Notes: generated by a model not told the origin, from the letters alone. Shown: positions 36,816 through 51,769, counted from the first letter of the stretch. The stretch: DNA of 64,000 bases from Octopus vulgaris (GCA_951406725.2 OX597829.1:30442001-30506000); one strand, 5' to 3'. A program made the numbers and translations.

Positions 36816-37025
36816 ATATGTTTGTGTGTCTGTGTTTGTCGCCCCAACATCACTTGACAACCGATGCTGGTGTGTTTACAACCCCGTAACTTAGTGGTTC
36901 GGCAAAAGAGACTGATAGCATAAGTACTAGGCTTACAAAGAATAAGTCCTGGAGTCGATTTGCTCGACTAAAGGTGGTGCTCCAGCATGGTCACAGTCAA
37001 ATGACTGAAACAAGTAAAAGAGTAA
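36600..37025 (+). mobile_element. Full-length family C (CORE-type, OR-like) tRNA SINE with an internal microsatellite
   Basis: A box 'gtggctttgtggtaag', B box 'gggttcagtccc', CORE-like 'ggcaccttgagcaagtgtctt', internal (TA)n(TG)n and 3' end 'gactgaaacaagtaaaagagta'. Confidence 0.88.
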
Positions 37026-37860
37026 GCAGAAAAGACAGTAGTATAAGGAATGTATTTATATGGAAAGTTGCACATACAAAAAGAAAAAAAAAATGAATGA
37101 TATAATCAAGTTTTAGCTTTACAACTGTTTTAGATAAATAATGACTTGTGTCATAATGTTGTTGGTGTGTATATTAACAAGGATTTTGAGAGATCTTTAT
37201 GAAATTATGTTATCTTCATTAGAAGGCTCTAGCAAATAACTTAGTAGAGAATAATGTTTATGAATATAAAGAAGTTCAATGGGAAGTGAAGTAAGAAGGA
37301 TTGAGTGGAAAAAGGGGATGATAAAGTGAGGAACATAGAGGGAGAGATGGGATAGAGGAGAAGGGGGAAGCTTTTAAGGTATAGTTAGTAAACAATAAAC
37401 AGCACCAAGCAGAAGAGATAATTGGCAATAAAAATAGTGAAGTGGGCTAGATCAAAGGGAGACCAAATGAGAAATAAAAGACTAGTGGGTGGTTAATACT
37501 TTGCAAGCACATATCCATGATAGAAAAAATATAATGTGCACAGAACCATCCATAGAAATCTACACAAAGAAAACTATGCATCTGTCCATTTGTTATAATA
37601 CAAACAACTGTGCTAATCATTACACCAAGTACATCCAGCACATTCACATTCATTCAAATTAGGGCCCATAAAGTAGAATTACATATATTTCTTTATTGTT
37701 TTTTCTATCTCATCTCTGCTATGATAATCCTTGATATTTCATATAACCCTAGGCTGTATAAAGATCATTTGATATTTTCTTATTAGTTATTATTTGACAT
37801 AATTTTAACTTTGAAATGTCCCATATATATTTTTTTTTTTCAGCATACTAATAATTTAAT

Positions 37861-38060
37861 ACTCTTTTACTTGTTTCAGTCATTTGACTGCGGCCATGCT
37901 GGAGCACCACCTTTAATCAAGCAAATCGACCCCAGGACTTATTCTTTGTAAGCCTAGCACTTATTCTATCGGTCTCTTTTGCTGAACCGCTAAGTTACGG
38001 GGGATGTAAACACACCAGCATCGGTTGTCAAGTGATGTTGGAGAGACAAACACAGACACA

Positions 38061-38108
<48 letters not shown>

Positions 38109-38277
38109 TATACATATATATGACGGGCTTCTTTCAGTTTCCGTCTACCAAATCCACTCACAAGGCTTTGGTTGGCCCGAGGCTATTGTAGAAGACACTT
38201 GCCCAAAGTGACATGCAGTGGGACTGAACCCGGAACCATGTGGTTGGTAAGCAAGCTACTTACTACACAGCCACTCA
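37861..38277 (-). mobile_element. Family C SINE copy
   Basis: Reverse complement of 36600-37025. Confidence 0.88.
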
Positions 38278-38910
38278 TACACCTGTTTAATTATCATATT
38301 AAGGTGTGCAAGATAATTAATATTTAATTATCATCGTATCAAATTTTGTTACAAGGTCAGTAACTTTAATGGTAGCTCAGATTAATCAATTACATTCACC
38401 ACAATATTTGACAGGTATTTTATTTTAATGATCCCAAAAGGATGAAAGGCAAAGTTGATCTTGCTGGTATTTGAACTTAGAATGTAAAGAACCAAAAGAA
38501 ATGCTATTAAGCATTTTGTCCAATATGCTAACAATCTTACCAAGTTGCTGTTTTATGTTTTATTTATAACAGAAAAATCTTAACCCTTTTACTTAAGCAT
38601 CTTTGGCTAAATCTACTTCCCGTGTCTTCTTCAAACTTCTTCAGTAAGTTTCTTCCTTTTGGATTGCTTGGCACTTTTTCCTTACCAAACTATCACCCTT
38701 CATATGTGTCAGCACAGTCTTCCTGCTCATTTGTACCTTATACCTTATACTTCTTGTAACCACTTTTTTTCCTCCAAGATCATATGTGAATTCACATTCA
38801 AAAATGTTACAACATCCAATTGAACATTTCTTTCTAGCCTTTAACATATTATTTTCTTTTGCTTATTTTTAGCTGTCAAGCAATACAACTCTTTGTATAC
38901 AAGCATCGTA

Positions 38911-40625
38911 CAAGGTACATTCCAGAAGTTTTGAGACTTTTTCATGAGAGACATTATTAATTTCGAAGTTCAAAATTCTAATCTCTTTCAAAGTAGGATC
39001 CTTTAATTTCTATGCACTTGTTGTAGTGCTCCAACCACTTCGTGAAGGCCCCATGAAGTCCTCCAAAGTGAAGGTGTCCAAGATCTTTATAACAACCTTC
39101 TTCATCTTCTTAATGTCTTCAGAACAACTGTCCCTCAGGTTTTTCTTCAGCTTAGGGAACATTCAAAAGTCATAGAGAACAAGGTCTGGACTGTAGGGAG
39201 GTTGATACTCATCACTGTTGAGTAGCAGGTTACTAGGATGTAACTGTGGACTAGTGCATTGTCCTGGTACAGATACAACCAACATGAGTGGAAGAGTTCT
39301 GGCCTCTTATGACAAAATCTCTTCCTGAACTCCCTCAAAACCTCCACAAAGTACTCTGTGTTGACTGCCTAGCCAGAGGGAAACCAGTGGATGTAAATTA
39401 CATCCTTGATATAAAGTATATATAAATTACATATATAATATAAATTATACCCTTGATATAATTTATATTATATATGTAAATTATAACCTTGATATGATTT
39501 ATATTATATAATATATGTAAATTATATTCTTGATATGATTTATATTATATAATATTTGTAAATTATATCCCTGATAAATTATTTCCTGTTGAAAAACAGG
39601 ATCTTCATCATCTTCCTGGTGGATTTGCCTTACCTGGTATTCTTGGTGCTGGAGGTACTCTGCCCTTGGTGCCTGGATCTTAACTGTAGATTCAGCTTTC
39701 ATCACAAGTCACCAGAGACTCAAGTACTCTTGGAGTGGCAGTAATAAACTCAATCATCTTCCTGCTGTCAGCAACACGTCTTTCCTTTTATTTATTATCA
39801 AGCACCCTGGGAACAAATGTCTTTCGAGATTTACAACAATCTTCATCCAGAAAGCCTGAAAATTTTCTCAACTAGCTCTGATGATCTGATGTTCCTCTTC
39901 CACCCACACCACCTCTCTACCATCCTTGAATGTCTTGTGCCATGCTCAGCTCATGCAGGTTAATCCATAAGCAGCCTGGAGTATTTCATAAGTTTCTGTT
40001 ATGTTTTTGTTTAGTTTAACACAGAACTTTAATGCATAGCTAGCTTCCAAATTGTCCTCATACTCTGATTACATTCTGCAAACAAGTCATCATCATCATC
40101 ATTTAATGTCCGCTTTCCATGCTAGCATGGGTTGAATGATTTGACCAAGGTCTGGCAAACCAGATGGCTGCACCAGGCTCTAATCTGATCTGGCAGAGTT
40201 TCTACGGCTGGATGCCCTTCCTAACACCAACCACTCCGAGAATGTAGTGGATGCTTTTACGTGCCACCGGCACGAAGGCCAGTCAGGCAGTACTGGCAGT
40301 GGCCACACTCAGATGGTGCTTTTTATGTGCCACCTGCACAGGAGCCAGTCCAGCGGCACTGGCAACGATCTCGCTCGAATGTTTTTTCACGTGCCACCAG
40401 CACAGGTAATGATCATGCTCGAATGGTGCTTTTTACGTGCCATCGGCATGGAGGCCAGTGTTTAGTAGGGTATGTTCAAAGAGCTGTTACACCTACCACC
40501 TTCAATCTGGAATAATGAAAGTTGGCAGGTCAGCTTTTTAGATGGGTAGCGTTGATATACCAAAATTACAATAAACCATAACTGCCTCTCCTAAAAATGC
40601 CTCAAACTTTCTGGAATGTGCTTCA
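38911..40625 (-). mobile_element. Decayed mariner element with nested insertions
   Basis: TIR-like 'caaggtacattccagaagttttgag' / 'ctcaaactttctggaatgtgcttca'. ORF 'EVLREFRKRFCHKRPELF...QDNALVH'. It contains an AT-rich minisatellite (39400-39580) and an RTE 3' module (40088-40460). Confidence 0.75.
40088..40460 (-). mobile_element. RTE 3' UTR module (short truncated copy)
   Basis: (CAT)n tail plus 'ctggatgcccttcctaacaccaaccactccgag'. Confidence 0.85.
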
Positions 40626-41253
40626 TATGATGTGCCTCTCACTAACAGGCAAGGAATGCCTTTCTTGCCAACAGAGATAGCATAGGTCCTTAACATTTTA
40701 CATCTCTTCCTTATTATAGCAACCACACTTTCAGAGTAACCCCCCTATCACCATCACCACTACCACTACTGTTAATTACATCACCTTGGTAACAGAAGCT
40801 GTCAACTTCTAGGGAGCCTTTCAGATATTTGAAAGAATTCCTCTGTGTGTTCTTGCTGCTAACCACTCCTTTGCACCATTTTCTATAAATGAAGTATTTC
40901 TTCTCTATCAGCTTGCCTGTGATGCTGCTACTATTTCTAGTGCCTATAATTTACACTGGGTACACAATGCTAAATTCCTAGATATATATATATATACACA
41001 TACATATCTTGTCACGTCAGTGTTGCTTTTCTATACTGGGTTGAATTGCAAGGGACTTTTTGAGGGAGTGTTTTGCAGCTAGTTGCTCTACAAGACACCA
41101 AGCCTTTTAGTAACCTCTTACAACACATATGCATGCTCTCTCTCTCTTTATCTCTCTCTCTCTCTCACACACACATACTCTCACACATATACATGCATAC
41201 ATACATACATACATACACACACACATACATACATACATACATACATACATACA

Positions 41254-41284
<31 letters not shown>

Positions 41285-41340
41285 GCATATCTGTGAGAGT
41301 ATGTATGTATAAATATATATGTAAATAAATATATATATAT

Positions 41341-41547
41341 GACCTCGTGAGTACCGCTGGCGATTTTTTTCCTCTGTCTTCCCTTCTCGGGATCTTTCTT
41401 TCTCCTATGTTTCCGACGAGGAGCTCCGCTCGAAACGTTAAACCCTCCTTCTTCCCTTCTTTCCTGAGCGTCCAATAATACTTTATTTGTTCCACGTCCT
41501 CGCGTTGTTGTGTTTTTTTGTTTTTTTGTGTTTTCTTGTTTGGATTA

Positions 41548-41551
<4 letters not shown>
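41341..41551 (+). mobile_element. Penelope-like terminal repeat fragment with a hammerhead-like motif (mutated core)
   Basis: Near-identical to 56350-56549. Contains gttt-CCGACGA-g-gagc-tcc-gctc-GAAACGTT-aaac. Confidence 0.7.
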
Positions 41552-41597
<46 letters not shown>

Positions 41598-41608
41598 TAC
41601 TCTTACAG

Positions 41609-41643
<35 letters not shown>

Positions 41644-41989
41644 AGTGTGTGTATGTATGTATGTATGTATTTCATTTTGCAAATTTTAGAAAAAGTGTCA
41701 TTTTATACTGGCTGAGATTGACAGGAGTGATTCAAGGGCTTAGAGTTTTATTCCAATGCATTTATTTCATGTTTGGTAAGTGCCTCAGCCCTTAACCCAC
41801 TCTTGCAACAAACTCATCTAATAAAGGAGTGTATTTATGCATGTGCATGAGTGCATCTATAACTTCAAATAACAGATTTTCAATTCCTTGCAATGAAAGT
41901 ATTCAAGTTGTTTCCCTGCGAGTTCAGCCAGATTTTTGACCTTGCCAGAGAGGGAGAGGGGCAGAGAGAGAGTGAGAGAGAGAGAGAGA

Positions 41990-42039
<50 letters not shown>

Positions 42040-42929
42040 CCTACTGCTAGAATTGGTTCCATCTTCATCCACAGATCAACACTGTTTGAAGGGGTAATGG
42101 TTGTATTGCATTTCATACACAAAATCTTTATTTACTTTAAGGCTGAAATTTTTTTGCTTTTGAATACAATGCATTCAGATTTATTGTGAGACCAACCCCT
42201 TAACCACTGGGCTACACATACACACACACACATGCAAACACATGTCCACATTTCATATTTTGACAGTTCATTATTCGTTCATCAAATTTTGGAAAGATAC
42301 CTTCAGCCAAAGAATGATGGACTGCTTCACATGCCACAGATATATGGTAAAAATTCTTTGTACACGCACACACATACACACACACAGTCACTAGTACATA
42401 CACACACACACAATCACTTATTCACATACATAATATACTCACATATACACATACATAATATACCTACATATACGCACATAAGCAAAATACCTATCAGTAG
42501 ATTGTTTGTGCCAGGAAAGTTAAAGCAATTCTTTTGAACAAGATGTTTGACATGGTAAAAGGGTCTCACAATCTGTTGCCAGATAGTGAAATGCATAATA
42601 CTTTTCTTTTTTTCCAATTTATATAATTTCATTTTTGTTTCTTTGGCAGATTTAATATATTGATTTTTGAATGGAGAAAAAAAATCTTTTGTGAAAAGAT
42701 TTATTTGGAGGACAAATACAATTTCAAATAATCAAGAAAGTAATATTTGTCCAATTCCTCTGAGCCAATAATTAGCTATCTGAATATTTAGGAAGGAGTC
42801 TTTCAGGCCAAAGTTGAGAGTAAACTGACAAGAAACAAACTTGTGGTAGTTAATTCTATAACCATAATATAGGTACTTTCTTGTTGGAATCTCAATGAGT
42901 TTGAATATTTGACAATATTATATAGTTCA

Positions 42930-43220
42930 GCATGGCTCAGTGGTTAGAGTGTCAGGTTCACAATCACGAAGTAGTGAGTTCACTTCCCAGACAAGGCTGT
43001 GAGTTGTGTTCTCGTGAAAGACATTTTATTTCATGTTGCTTCAGTTCACTCACCTATATCGGCCTTTGCCTTTTCCTTGGATAACATCGGTGGCATGGAG
43101 AGGGGAGGCTGGTATGCACAGATGACTGCTGATTTCCCATTAACAATCTTGCCTGGACTTGTGCCTCAGAGGGCAACTTTCTAGGTGCAATACCATGGCC
43201 ATTCATAACTTTTACCCTAG
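42930..43220 (+). mobile_element. tRNA-derived SINE, family D
   Basis: 'gcatggctcagtggttagagtg' (A box) and 'gagttcacttccc' (B-box-like). A second copy lies at 53229-53555. Confidence 0.75.
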
Positions 43221-44329
43221 TCCAGCATGTAAATCATCCTTCCATGGCCAATAAAATAAATGACCAGTCAAGCACAGGAAAGGTTGATATAATTAATTGT
43301 AACCTCACCCCAAAATTTGTAGCCTTGTGCCCAAGTTAGAAATCAATGTTTTAATATGATGTTCAACTCTCACTTTTTATTCTTTCAGGATCAATAAAAT
43401 GAAGTACCAGTTATGTAGTGGGGTGTAGATATAATCAATTAGCATCCATATCACAAAATTCGAGGCCTTGGAGACAGACATTAGAAATCAATATTTTTGA
43501 TAACCTGAGTGGGATTTGAATATTCTTCTTGAGTTGATCAAATAAAATACGAGATGTACTTATAAGCTACTAATCTACTAATCCCCAAAGTTTGATGCCT
43601 CAAACTTTGAGGACGAATATTAGAAATCAATATTTTTGTTGGTTGTTCAAATCCCGTGCTGGCAAAATTTACCTTCTATCTTCCTGGGAGATGATAAAAT
43701 AAGCACCTCTCATGTACTGATATCTGTCAAGTTGACTCTTTCCTCTCCTAAAAATTGTTACCATGTGTTTATCTAACAAACCAGTATATCAACTCACTTT
43801 ATCTTTTTTTTTATTTTTTAGCCAGGAAGGAAGACCAGTGTCATTGGCCTGTTATAGGGCTTTCACAACTAGCTGGTACAGTATTTATCAAACCCAGGAG
43901 GATGAAAGACGAAATGATGTCTGCAGCTTTATAACTCTATAAAGCCCCACCCATCCATCTGTTTATCCACCCTTTTATCCTTCCATCCACACACACACAT
44001 GATTTAAAGTATAAGATATGGATTCAGAGAATCATCTGATTATCACAGAAAGCCCCTCTAATGGACTTGGCTATCAGGCTACATAGTAATCCAATACAGA
44101 GAAGTGTAATACAGAGTGTCCATGCAGATGCAGCTGAAATCCAGAAGACTCAATCAATGAAAATATTTGTTGAAGAGTATATATACATACACACACACAC
44201 ACATTATAAAATTCAGGAGGTATGAGAAGTGAATATATTTAAACATTTGATGGCCATAATCTGAAGGATGTTAAGTGGATAAATAAATACATTTATTTCT
44301 CATACCTGCTAAATTTTATGGTTTTGTGT

Positions 44330-45080
44330 GAGTCCATCCTTCTCTGCCCACTCAGTAGCATCTTCAGACACCACCTCCTTAAGGTCCTTTCAAAATCAAT
44401 TGTCATTAGAATTTCTGGTTCGGGTTGAAGTATCCATCTTGCAGTTTTTACCCCATAACATTTTAATCATATGTCTATGGTACTGAAGCTGTGGCCTCTC
44501 AAAGCAGAGAAGCAGCAAGCTCAAACTTCAGAGACTGCCTGTTCTCTGAGCTATGCGTTCTGTTAATAAACATAATTCCAGAGATCCTTTGGAGCAACTG
44601 TGTTTCAGCCGCTTGTATTCATAACCATTCTTTTTTACCCATTACCCAACATTCATGACTGTAAGACAGGTAGGAAAACTGAATTGAAGATAGTAAGTTT
44701 GACTTTTTAATTTCAACCACTCTCTCTTCTGAGAATCGAATGCAATTCAGTTCAGCCTTCTGCTTGTCACACTTGTGAATATAGTCTTAAGATGCTTAAA
44801 CTTCTCCACTTGTCTCAGTCATGTTCTACAAATGTGCCAAATGCACTGAGAAGACTTTCTTGAGGTGACCAATTTCTCATTCATTGCAAAACTATTTCTC
44901 ATCCTGGTCTTGCAATACTTGGCAGCTAACCTATTTGCTATATGCGGGAGATCATCTTCTGATGAACCAAACAGTACCGTGTTCCCTGCAAATATCAGCC
45001 AATTGATTTTACACCCACTGATTGAGATATCAAGTCTGAACAGGTGTGCATGTCAATCCAGTTCATGACGAATTATGAAA
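44330..45080 (-). mobile_element. Decayed LINE RT fragment (RTE-like)
   Basis: The minus strand reads 'CKINWLIFAGNTVLFGSSEDDL' (compare LLFADDVVLLASS) and 'LRQVEKFKHL' (compare VEEFKYLG). Confidence 0.55.
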
Positions 45081-45482
45081 AGGAGAGGTTTCAATACATA
45101 CCATGTCAATATTCAGTATCCATATGATGTGTGTGTATGTGTATGTGTGTGTCAGAATTTGTTGAAGCAAATTTTTTATGGTTCAGTACCCTTCCTGTCA
45201 CCAACTTCCACCGGTTTCCAGGGAAGCTAATATTTCCTCTAATATGGCCAGGTATGTTTTTCATAAAAAAAATGGAAATAATAATTTTCTCTTATATGAT
45301 CATGATACTTGTTTACAACCATCATGTAATGTCGAGACAGCAGCACACACAAACATTCACATGACAAGCTTTTGAAGTTTCCATCTACTGAATCCACTCA
45401 AAAGGCTTTGGTCAACTCAGGGACTGAACCTGAACCACATGGTTGGCAAACAAGCCTCCTGGCCACACACATTATATATATA

Positions 45483-45642
45483 GGCATAGGAGTGGCTGTG
45501 TGGTAAGTAGCTTGCTTACCAACCACATGGTTCTGGGTTCAGTCCCACTGTGTGGCACCTGGGGCAACTGTCTTCTACTATAGCCTCGGGCCAACCAAAG
45601 CCTTGCGAATGGATTTGGTTGACGGAAACTGAAAGAAGCCCG

Positions 45643-45694
<52 letters not shown>

Positions 45695-45922
45695 GTATGT
45701 ATATGCTTGTGTGTCTGTGTTTGTCCCACCCCCTCAACATCGCTTGACAACCAATGCTGGTGTGTTTACGTCCCCATAACTTAGCGGTTCGACAAAAGTG
45801 AATGATAGAATAAGTACTAGGCTTACAAGGAATAAGTCCTGGGGTTGATTTGCTCGACTAAAGGTAGCGCTCCAGCATGGCCACAGTCAAATGACTGAAA
45901 CAAGTAAAAGAGAGAAAAGAGT
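45483..45922 (+). mobile_element. Full-length family C SINE
   Basis: Matches 36600-37025. Confidence 0.9.
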
Positions 45923-47579
45923 ATATATATATATATATACTTAGACAGATAGGCAGAGACACAGACAGATAGATAGAGCCAGACTGAAATTATTGAAGTG
46001 GTGGGGATGATGTAATGCCCTCATCATGGCTACAGGCCAATGACTGAAACAAATAAATGAGTAGAAAAGTGCAAAAAACAAATCAATTTAGTAAGATAAG
46101 ACTGTATATAGTGCACTTCTGAAAGATCTAGTGGACGTAAGTAATTTATTTAACTTAATTACTCTCCAAACTAATAATCCATCACTCTGATTAATTGCCT
46201 GTTTTCTTGATCAATTGTCCATTGCCTTGACACCTGGTTTTACATTGGGCCTAATTATCAATTTGTCAACAGTTAAGTACTCTAATTGTGTCTCCTAAAT
46301 GAAACAGAATGCTTTTGGCTACTAGACATAACCAGTAACTCAATTAAAAAAAAAACCCTGGCTCATGGCACCCATCTGTTTCAGAACCCTTGAAAAGAGT
46401 TATAAGGCCATGATCATTGTCCTTGCTTTTTTTACTGAACCTTAAAAAAAAAAATAACACTCCATTTACCCACATGTAGCCCTCCTCCAAAGAAAAACCA
46501 TTGGTAATTTGATTGTAGTTTATTGAATTGTAAATTTCTTCAATTCTTAAGTTGATATCTTGCTATATTTTAGCAACAGGAGAGTTGTTAGAGCATTGGA
46601 TGAAATGCCTTGAAGTCTTTTTGGCTGGTTGCATTTCAGTTCAAATCCAGCTGAGGTCAATCTTTCAGGATTGATTGAAAAAAAGATAAAAAGAAAAACC
46701 CAATCCAGGACAATGGACTGGCAGAATCCTTAAAACATCAAATGAGATGCCCTGTTATATTTGTTCTGGCTCTTTGTGTTCTGAGTTCAAATCTTGCCAT
46801 GGCTACATGTATGGGTGGTAAACTTGATCCAACATCTGATTTAACACCAGCACTAATCCTTGGATACTTTTATTAAAGTCTTCTTTGTTTCAAGCATTTG
46901 TACCAGTTCTCTGGCTTGAGAATAATTCCTTCCAGCTTTGTTCCTACCAGTCTTGGAAACCATGTAATGCAGAGGTTCTCAAACCAGGTTATGTGTGCCT
47001 CATTTTTACTTACTTAAACCCTTTGCTTCCTATGGAACGTAGACAAACAACAATTTTCTCCTCTGTTCTCTATTCTGGTCTGTCTATTCTGCTTCTTTCC
47101 AGCTATTTCAACTATGTCACAGTATCCCACCTCCAGCTATTTTCAGAGCATCCCCTCTTCTGCTTTCCATGTGGGTTCCAAGCTAGGGTCTGTTGTGTAA
47201 TACAGGATGCTGGTTTTCTTCCAGATTTTGCTGTACCACTTCATATGTTTCCCTGAAGGAAGCCTTCATCTTCCAGGTCTTGTTGGTTCTGAATTGTCAT
47301 TGGTGCTTCTGTAGTTTTGATTTTTCTTCTTTAGGTAAGGGGTTTGGCCTCAGACAAACCCAATCTTACCTCCTCTGGGAAGAGGTGGATGGTGTTACTC
47401 TGGCTTCTGTCATTTTCCCTGCCTAGCATGAGAGGCCCTATCAAGAGCTTGTACTCAACTAGCATAGCTCTCGGGGTCATTGAGACATAAAAGCTACAGC
47501 AATTACAAAAAGATATTGGTCTTGTGGTAGATGCATGTTCCTAGAGGTATATAACAAATATTTCAGTTGTATCTTATTT

Positions 47580-47785
47580 TTTTACTTGTTTCAGTCATTA
47601 GACTGTGGTCATGCTGGAGCAAATTTGGAGAATTTTTTAATCAAAGAAATCAACCTCAGTACTAATTTTTTTTTAAGGCCTGGTATTTATTCCATTGGTA
47701 TCTTTTGCCGAACCACTAAGTTATGGGGATGTAAAAACACCAGCACCAGTTGTTAAGCAATGGTGGAAGACAAGATTAGACACAG

Positions 47786-47820
<35 letters not shown>

Positions 47821-47960
47821 AATGACAGGTGTCTTTCAGTTTCTGTCTACCATATCCACTCACAAGGCTTTGGTCAGTATGAGACTATAGTAGAAGACAC
47901 TTGTCCATGCTGTGGGACTGAACTTGGAACCATGTGGTTGGGAAGCAAGCTTCTTACACA
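47580..47960 (-). mobile_element. Family C SINE copy
   Basis: Diverged reverse complement of family C. Confidence 0.8.
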
Positions 47961-49304
47961 TGCACCTGAAATTTGTAAGAACACTAGGATTTCACAACAT
48001 TCACATGAACTACTTTCCAATGTTGCATTCTCAGAGTTAGTAGATAGTTTATAATTATGTTGTTTGCAAGAACTGACATCCAAATATTAATAACTAATAA
48101 TACATGGTCTATTTTTATGGTGTACCATGAAATGGTACCTGCTATTCTGTTTCATGCTGTTCAACCATCTTAGATTATGCTTTTCACAAGAGGTACATCA
48201 ATACTTTTGGATAAGACAAACAAATACAATCAGAAGAAACAGTTTGAGAAGCTTTGAAATAGAGTATCATGGAAACTACCATTGATCTTAGGTAATAAAA
48301 TAAAATAGTTAGGTTCAAAACAGAGAATGAAGATGTCATTTGAATTGCCGATCTTGTTCAATGTCCTTTGATTTACAGTTATCACTTTGGTAATTTGCTT
48401 AAGGAAAACATAGTAAATCGTGATCTTGTACCATCTTTTCGACTTGATTTAACTTGAATATTTTTCAGTCTTTTATAAAAAAACGGAAGAAAGAAATCGT
48501 TAAATATGCAAAATATTCAGTTCTTTATAACTCTGCTTGTATCTATGTCAATGCTATATTATAGTTTTTATATATCTGTCTACCTATCTATCTACATATA
48601 TACCAACATCTACATATATACACACACATGCATGCACATCTATGTCATACATGTGTGTGTATATATAAGTATGTGTATTTCTTTTTATATGTGTTTGTAT
48701 CCATCAGTATGTCTATGTACATGAATGTGTATACGTAGGTGGCTGTAACCAATAGCTGCAGAACAAAAGCTCTTTCTATAGTGACACAGAAATGGGTTAA
48801 ACTTTTATTTATGACCAAGTTTGTTTGGTTTTGTGTATTTTTACATAGTTGACATTACTCAGGATCTCTTCCTTATGCTGCCCACGCATGGGCTGGCCAG
48901 CCAAGAAATTGTGCTGTAACCATTAACAGAGCAAGGTACCAAAACAATTATTATTGTTGACATAGTCTCATTCTTTTCCTATTTCACTAGTTTCAGTTTC
49001 TAGTTTATAACTTGGCTGTGACTTCACCATCTTGGAAAGTTTCAGTCAATCATATTGACCCTACCGTTTATTTTTGTTAACTACTTAGTTTATCAATTTC
49101 TGTTTGTTAGACTGCTTAGTGGTTTATTCTGGTAAACAGAAGTATCCACATGGACACAGATGCATGAAGGCTGAAATTTCCAAGTCATTGTCAGCAACAA
49201 ACATTCTTGCATAAGAATAATAAATTTGTACTCCACAAAATATAGAATGACCCATTAGATTAATGTAAAATTGTTTATATTAAAACTGAACATAAAAATA
49301 ATAC

Positions 49305-49335
<31 letters not shown>

Positions 49336-50916
49336 CATACATACATACATACATACATACACACACACGTACACACACACACACGTACACACACACACAC
49401 AATTTTTTTTGTGCTATCACTTATTACAACATCCTCTTCCTTGCTGACCCAATTCTATTTCCTTTGCCCTCCTCCTCCCAAACTGATATTCACCATCAAC
49501 CACTCCTCTTCCCATGTTCACCATTCACTATATTCACCTCTAAACCCATCTCTAGTCATCTGACCCTCTCCTTTTACATGCTTGTGAACTTATCTCTCCG
49601 CCCACATTTTCTGATCCTCTGTCTGTATTCTCTCTTACATTCATCTTCTTGTACCTTGAAAGCATACCTTGACACATTATATCCACCATCATTTTTCCCT
49701 CTCTTTCCAGCTGTGATATCCATGTATCTCCTCTACAGCAAGACACATGCCTGGGTTAAAGAATGATAGAAGGAGTGTGATAGAGGAACAGGAATAACCT
49801 TTTGTGGAGAAGCGGTACTTTGTTTGCATGAGCAAAGCACTTCCTTTCATGTTGCTCCTGTCCACCGTCATCCATAAATGAGTTCCAGTGCTAGCTGGGA
49901 AAGTTAATCCTGTGATGGACTGTCATCCTGTCCAGGAAGGGGTGTGGTAGTCTCAATCATTTATACATCATGGAAACCAGGTTAAGCTTTAGCTTCATGA
50001 GCCCTAGGGCTCGGTAGAATCTTTTGCATGCCAGGCAATATGCTTAGTGGCATTCTGAATTCAAATTCCGCTGAGGTCAACTTTGCCTTTCATCCTTTCA
50101 CTGGGGTCAATTCAATCACTTTACTCCACCCCAAATTTCAGGTCTTGTGCCTTTAGTAGAAAGGATTATTTCTGTTTAATACTGAAGTGGAATGTCACAA
50201 CAAAGCCGCATCATCCAGCAGGCTGCATTACCAAAAATAAAGAAAAATTCAAGGTATACTTTTGTTGGTGTGCCATTGAGAAAGTCTTGCAGATCACAGT
50301 TTGCCCATAACTACTTTGACCTCTCAACATTTTGGCATAAAGCCACCTCCCTCAGTTTTCCGTCCCCTCTCAGTTGAGTTCTTCACTTATGAGTTACTTG
50401 GTGACCCCACTAATATCATCATCACTGTCATCGTTGTCATCATCATCATCATCATCATTTAGCATCTGTTTTCCATGCTGACATGGGTCACACAGTTTGA
50501 CTGGAACTGGTAAGCTGGAGAGTTGTATCAGGTTCCAGTCTCATTTGGCATGGTTTCTATGGCTGGATGCCCTTCCTGATGCCAAGCACTCCATAGAGTG
50601 TAGTAGGTACCTTGTATGTATCACTGGCATGGCTGCTTTTACATGTCACTGGCACAGGTGATTCTATGCAACAAAAACACACCCATGCACTCTGTAGAGT
50701 GGTTGGCATTAGGAAGGGCAAACAGCCATAGAAACCATGCCAGAGGGACATTGGAGTTCAATGCAGTCCTCTGGTTCATGAGATCCTATCAAATCTTCCA
50801 ACTCATGCCAGCATGGAAGATAAATATTAAATAATGATGGTCATGGCACTCACTTCCACATTTACACAAGCATAAAAATACACACACACACACACACATT
50901 CTTTTACTTGCTTCAA

Positions 50917-51130
50917 GGTGGCAAGTTGGCAGAATCGTTAGTACGCCAGGTGAAATGATTAGTGGTTTTTCATATGTCTTTATGTTCTGAGATCAAATTC
51001 CACTGAGGTTGACTTTGCCTTTCATCCTTTCAGGGTCAATAAATTAAGTTCCAGTTGCATACTGGGGTCAATTTAATCAACTGACCCCTCTCCCGCAAAA
51101 TTTTGGGCCTTGTGTCTAGAGTAGAAAAGA
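50917..51130 (+). mobile_element. SINE family M copy
   Basis: Matches 10416-10625. Confidence 0.85.
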
Positions 51131-51132
51131 TT

Positions 51133-51755
51133 TTTTTACTTGTTTCAGTCATTTAATTGCGTTCATGCTAGAGCACCATCTTTAGTCGAAGAAATCTACT
51201 CCAGGACTTATTCTTTGTAAGCCTAGTACTTATTTTATTGTTCTCTTTTGCTGAATCGCTAAATTATGGGGATGTAAATACACCAACATCGGTTGTCAAG
51301 CGATGGTGGGGTGACAAAAACTGACACACAAATACACACACACACACACATATATGATGGGCTTCTTTCAGTTTCTGTCTACTAAATCCACTCACAAGGC
51401 TTTGGTTGGCCTGAGGCTATAGTAGAAGACACTTGCCCAAGGTGCCACACTGGGACTGAACCTAGAACCATGTGGTTGGAAAGCAAGCTTCTTATTTCTT
51501 CATTGCCCACAAGGGGCTACACACAGAGGGGACAAACAAGCAGACAAATGGATTAAGTCGATTATATCAACCCCTGTGCATAACTGGTACTTATTTAATT
51601 GACCCCAATAGGATGAAACGCAAACTCGACCTCGGCAGAATTTGAACTCAGGACGTAGCGGCAGACGAAATACCGCTAAGCATTTCACCCTGCATGCTAA
51701 CGTTTCTACCAGCTCGCCGCCTTTTTTATCCTTCTTACCACAGAGTCACTCCTGC
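51133..51755 (-). mobile_element. Family C SINE with a family M SINE (51495-51722, minus) inserted in its 5' head
   Basis: Family C breaks at 'aagcaagcttctta' and resumes at 'cttcttaccacagagtcactcc'. The intervening sequence is family M. Confidence 0.8.
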
Positions 51756-51769
51756 ATATATGTATATAT

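Noticed and set aside
48269-48395. Possible small exons (ATG...ag|gtaata; ttacag|ttatcactttg|gtaatt)
   Set aside because: Splice motifs alone are common in AT-rich DNA and give no recognisable peptide.
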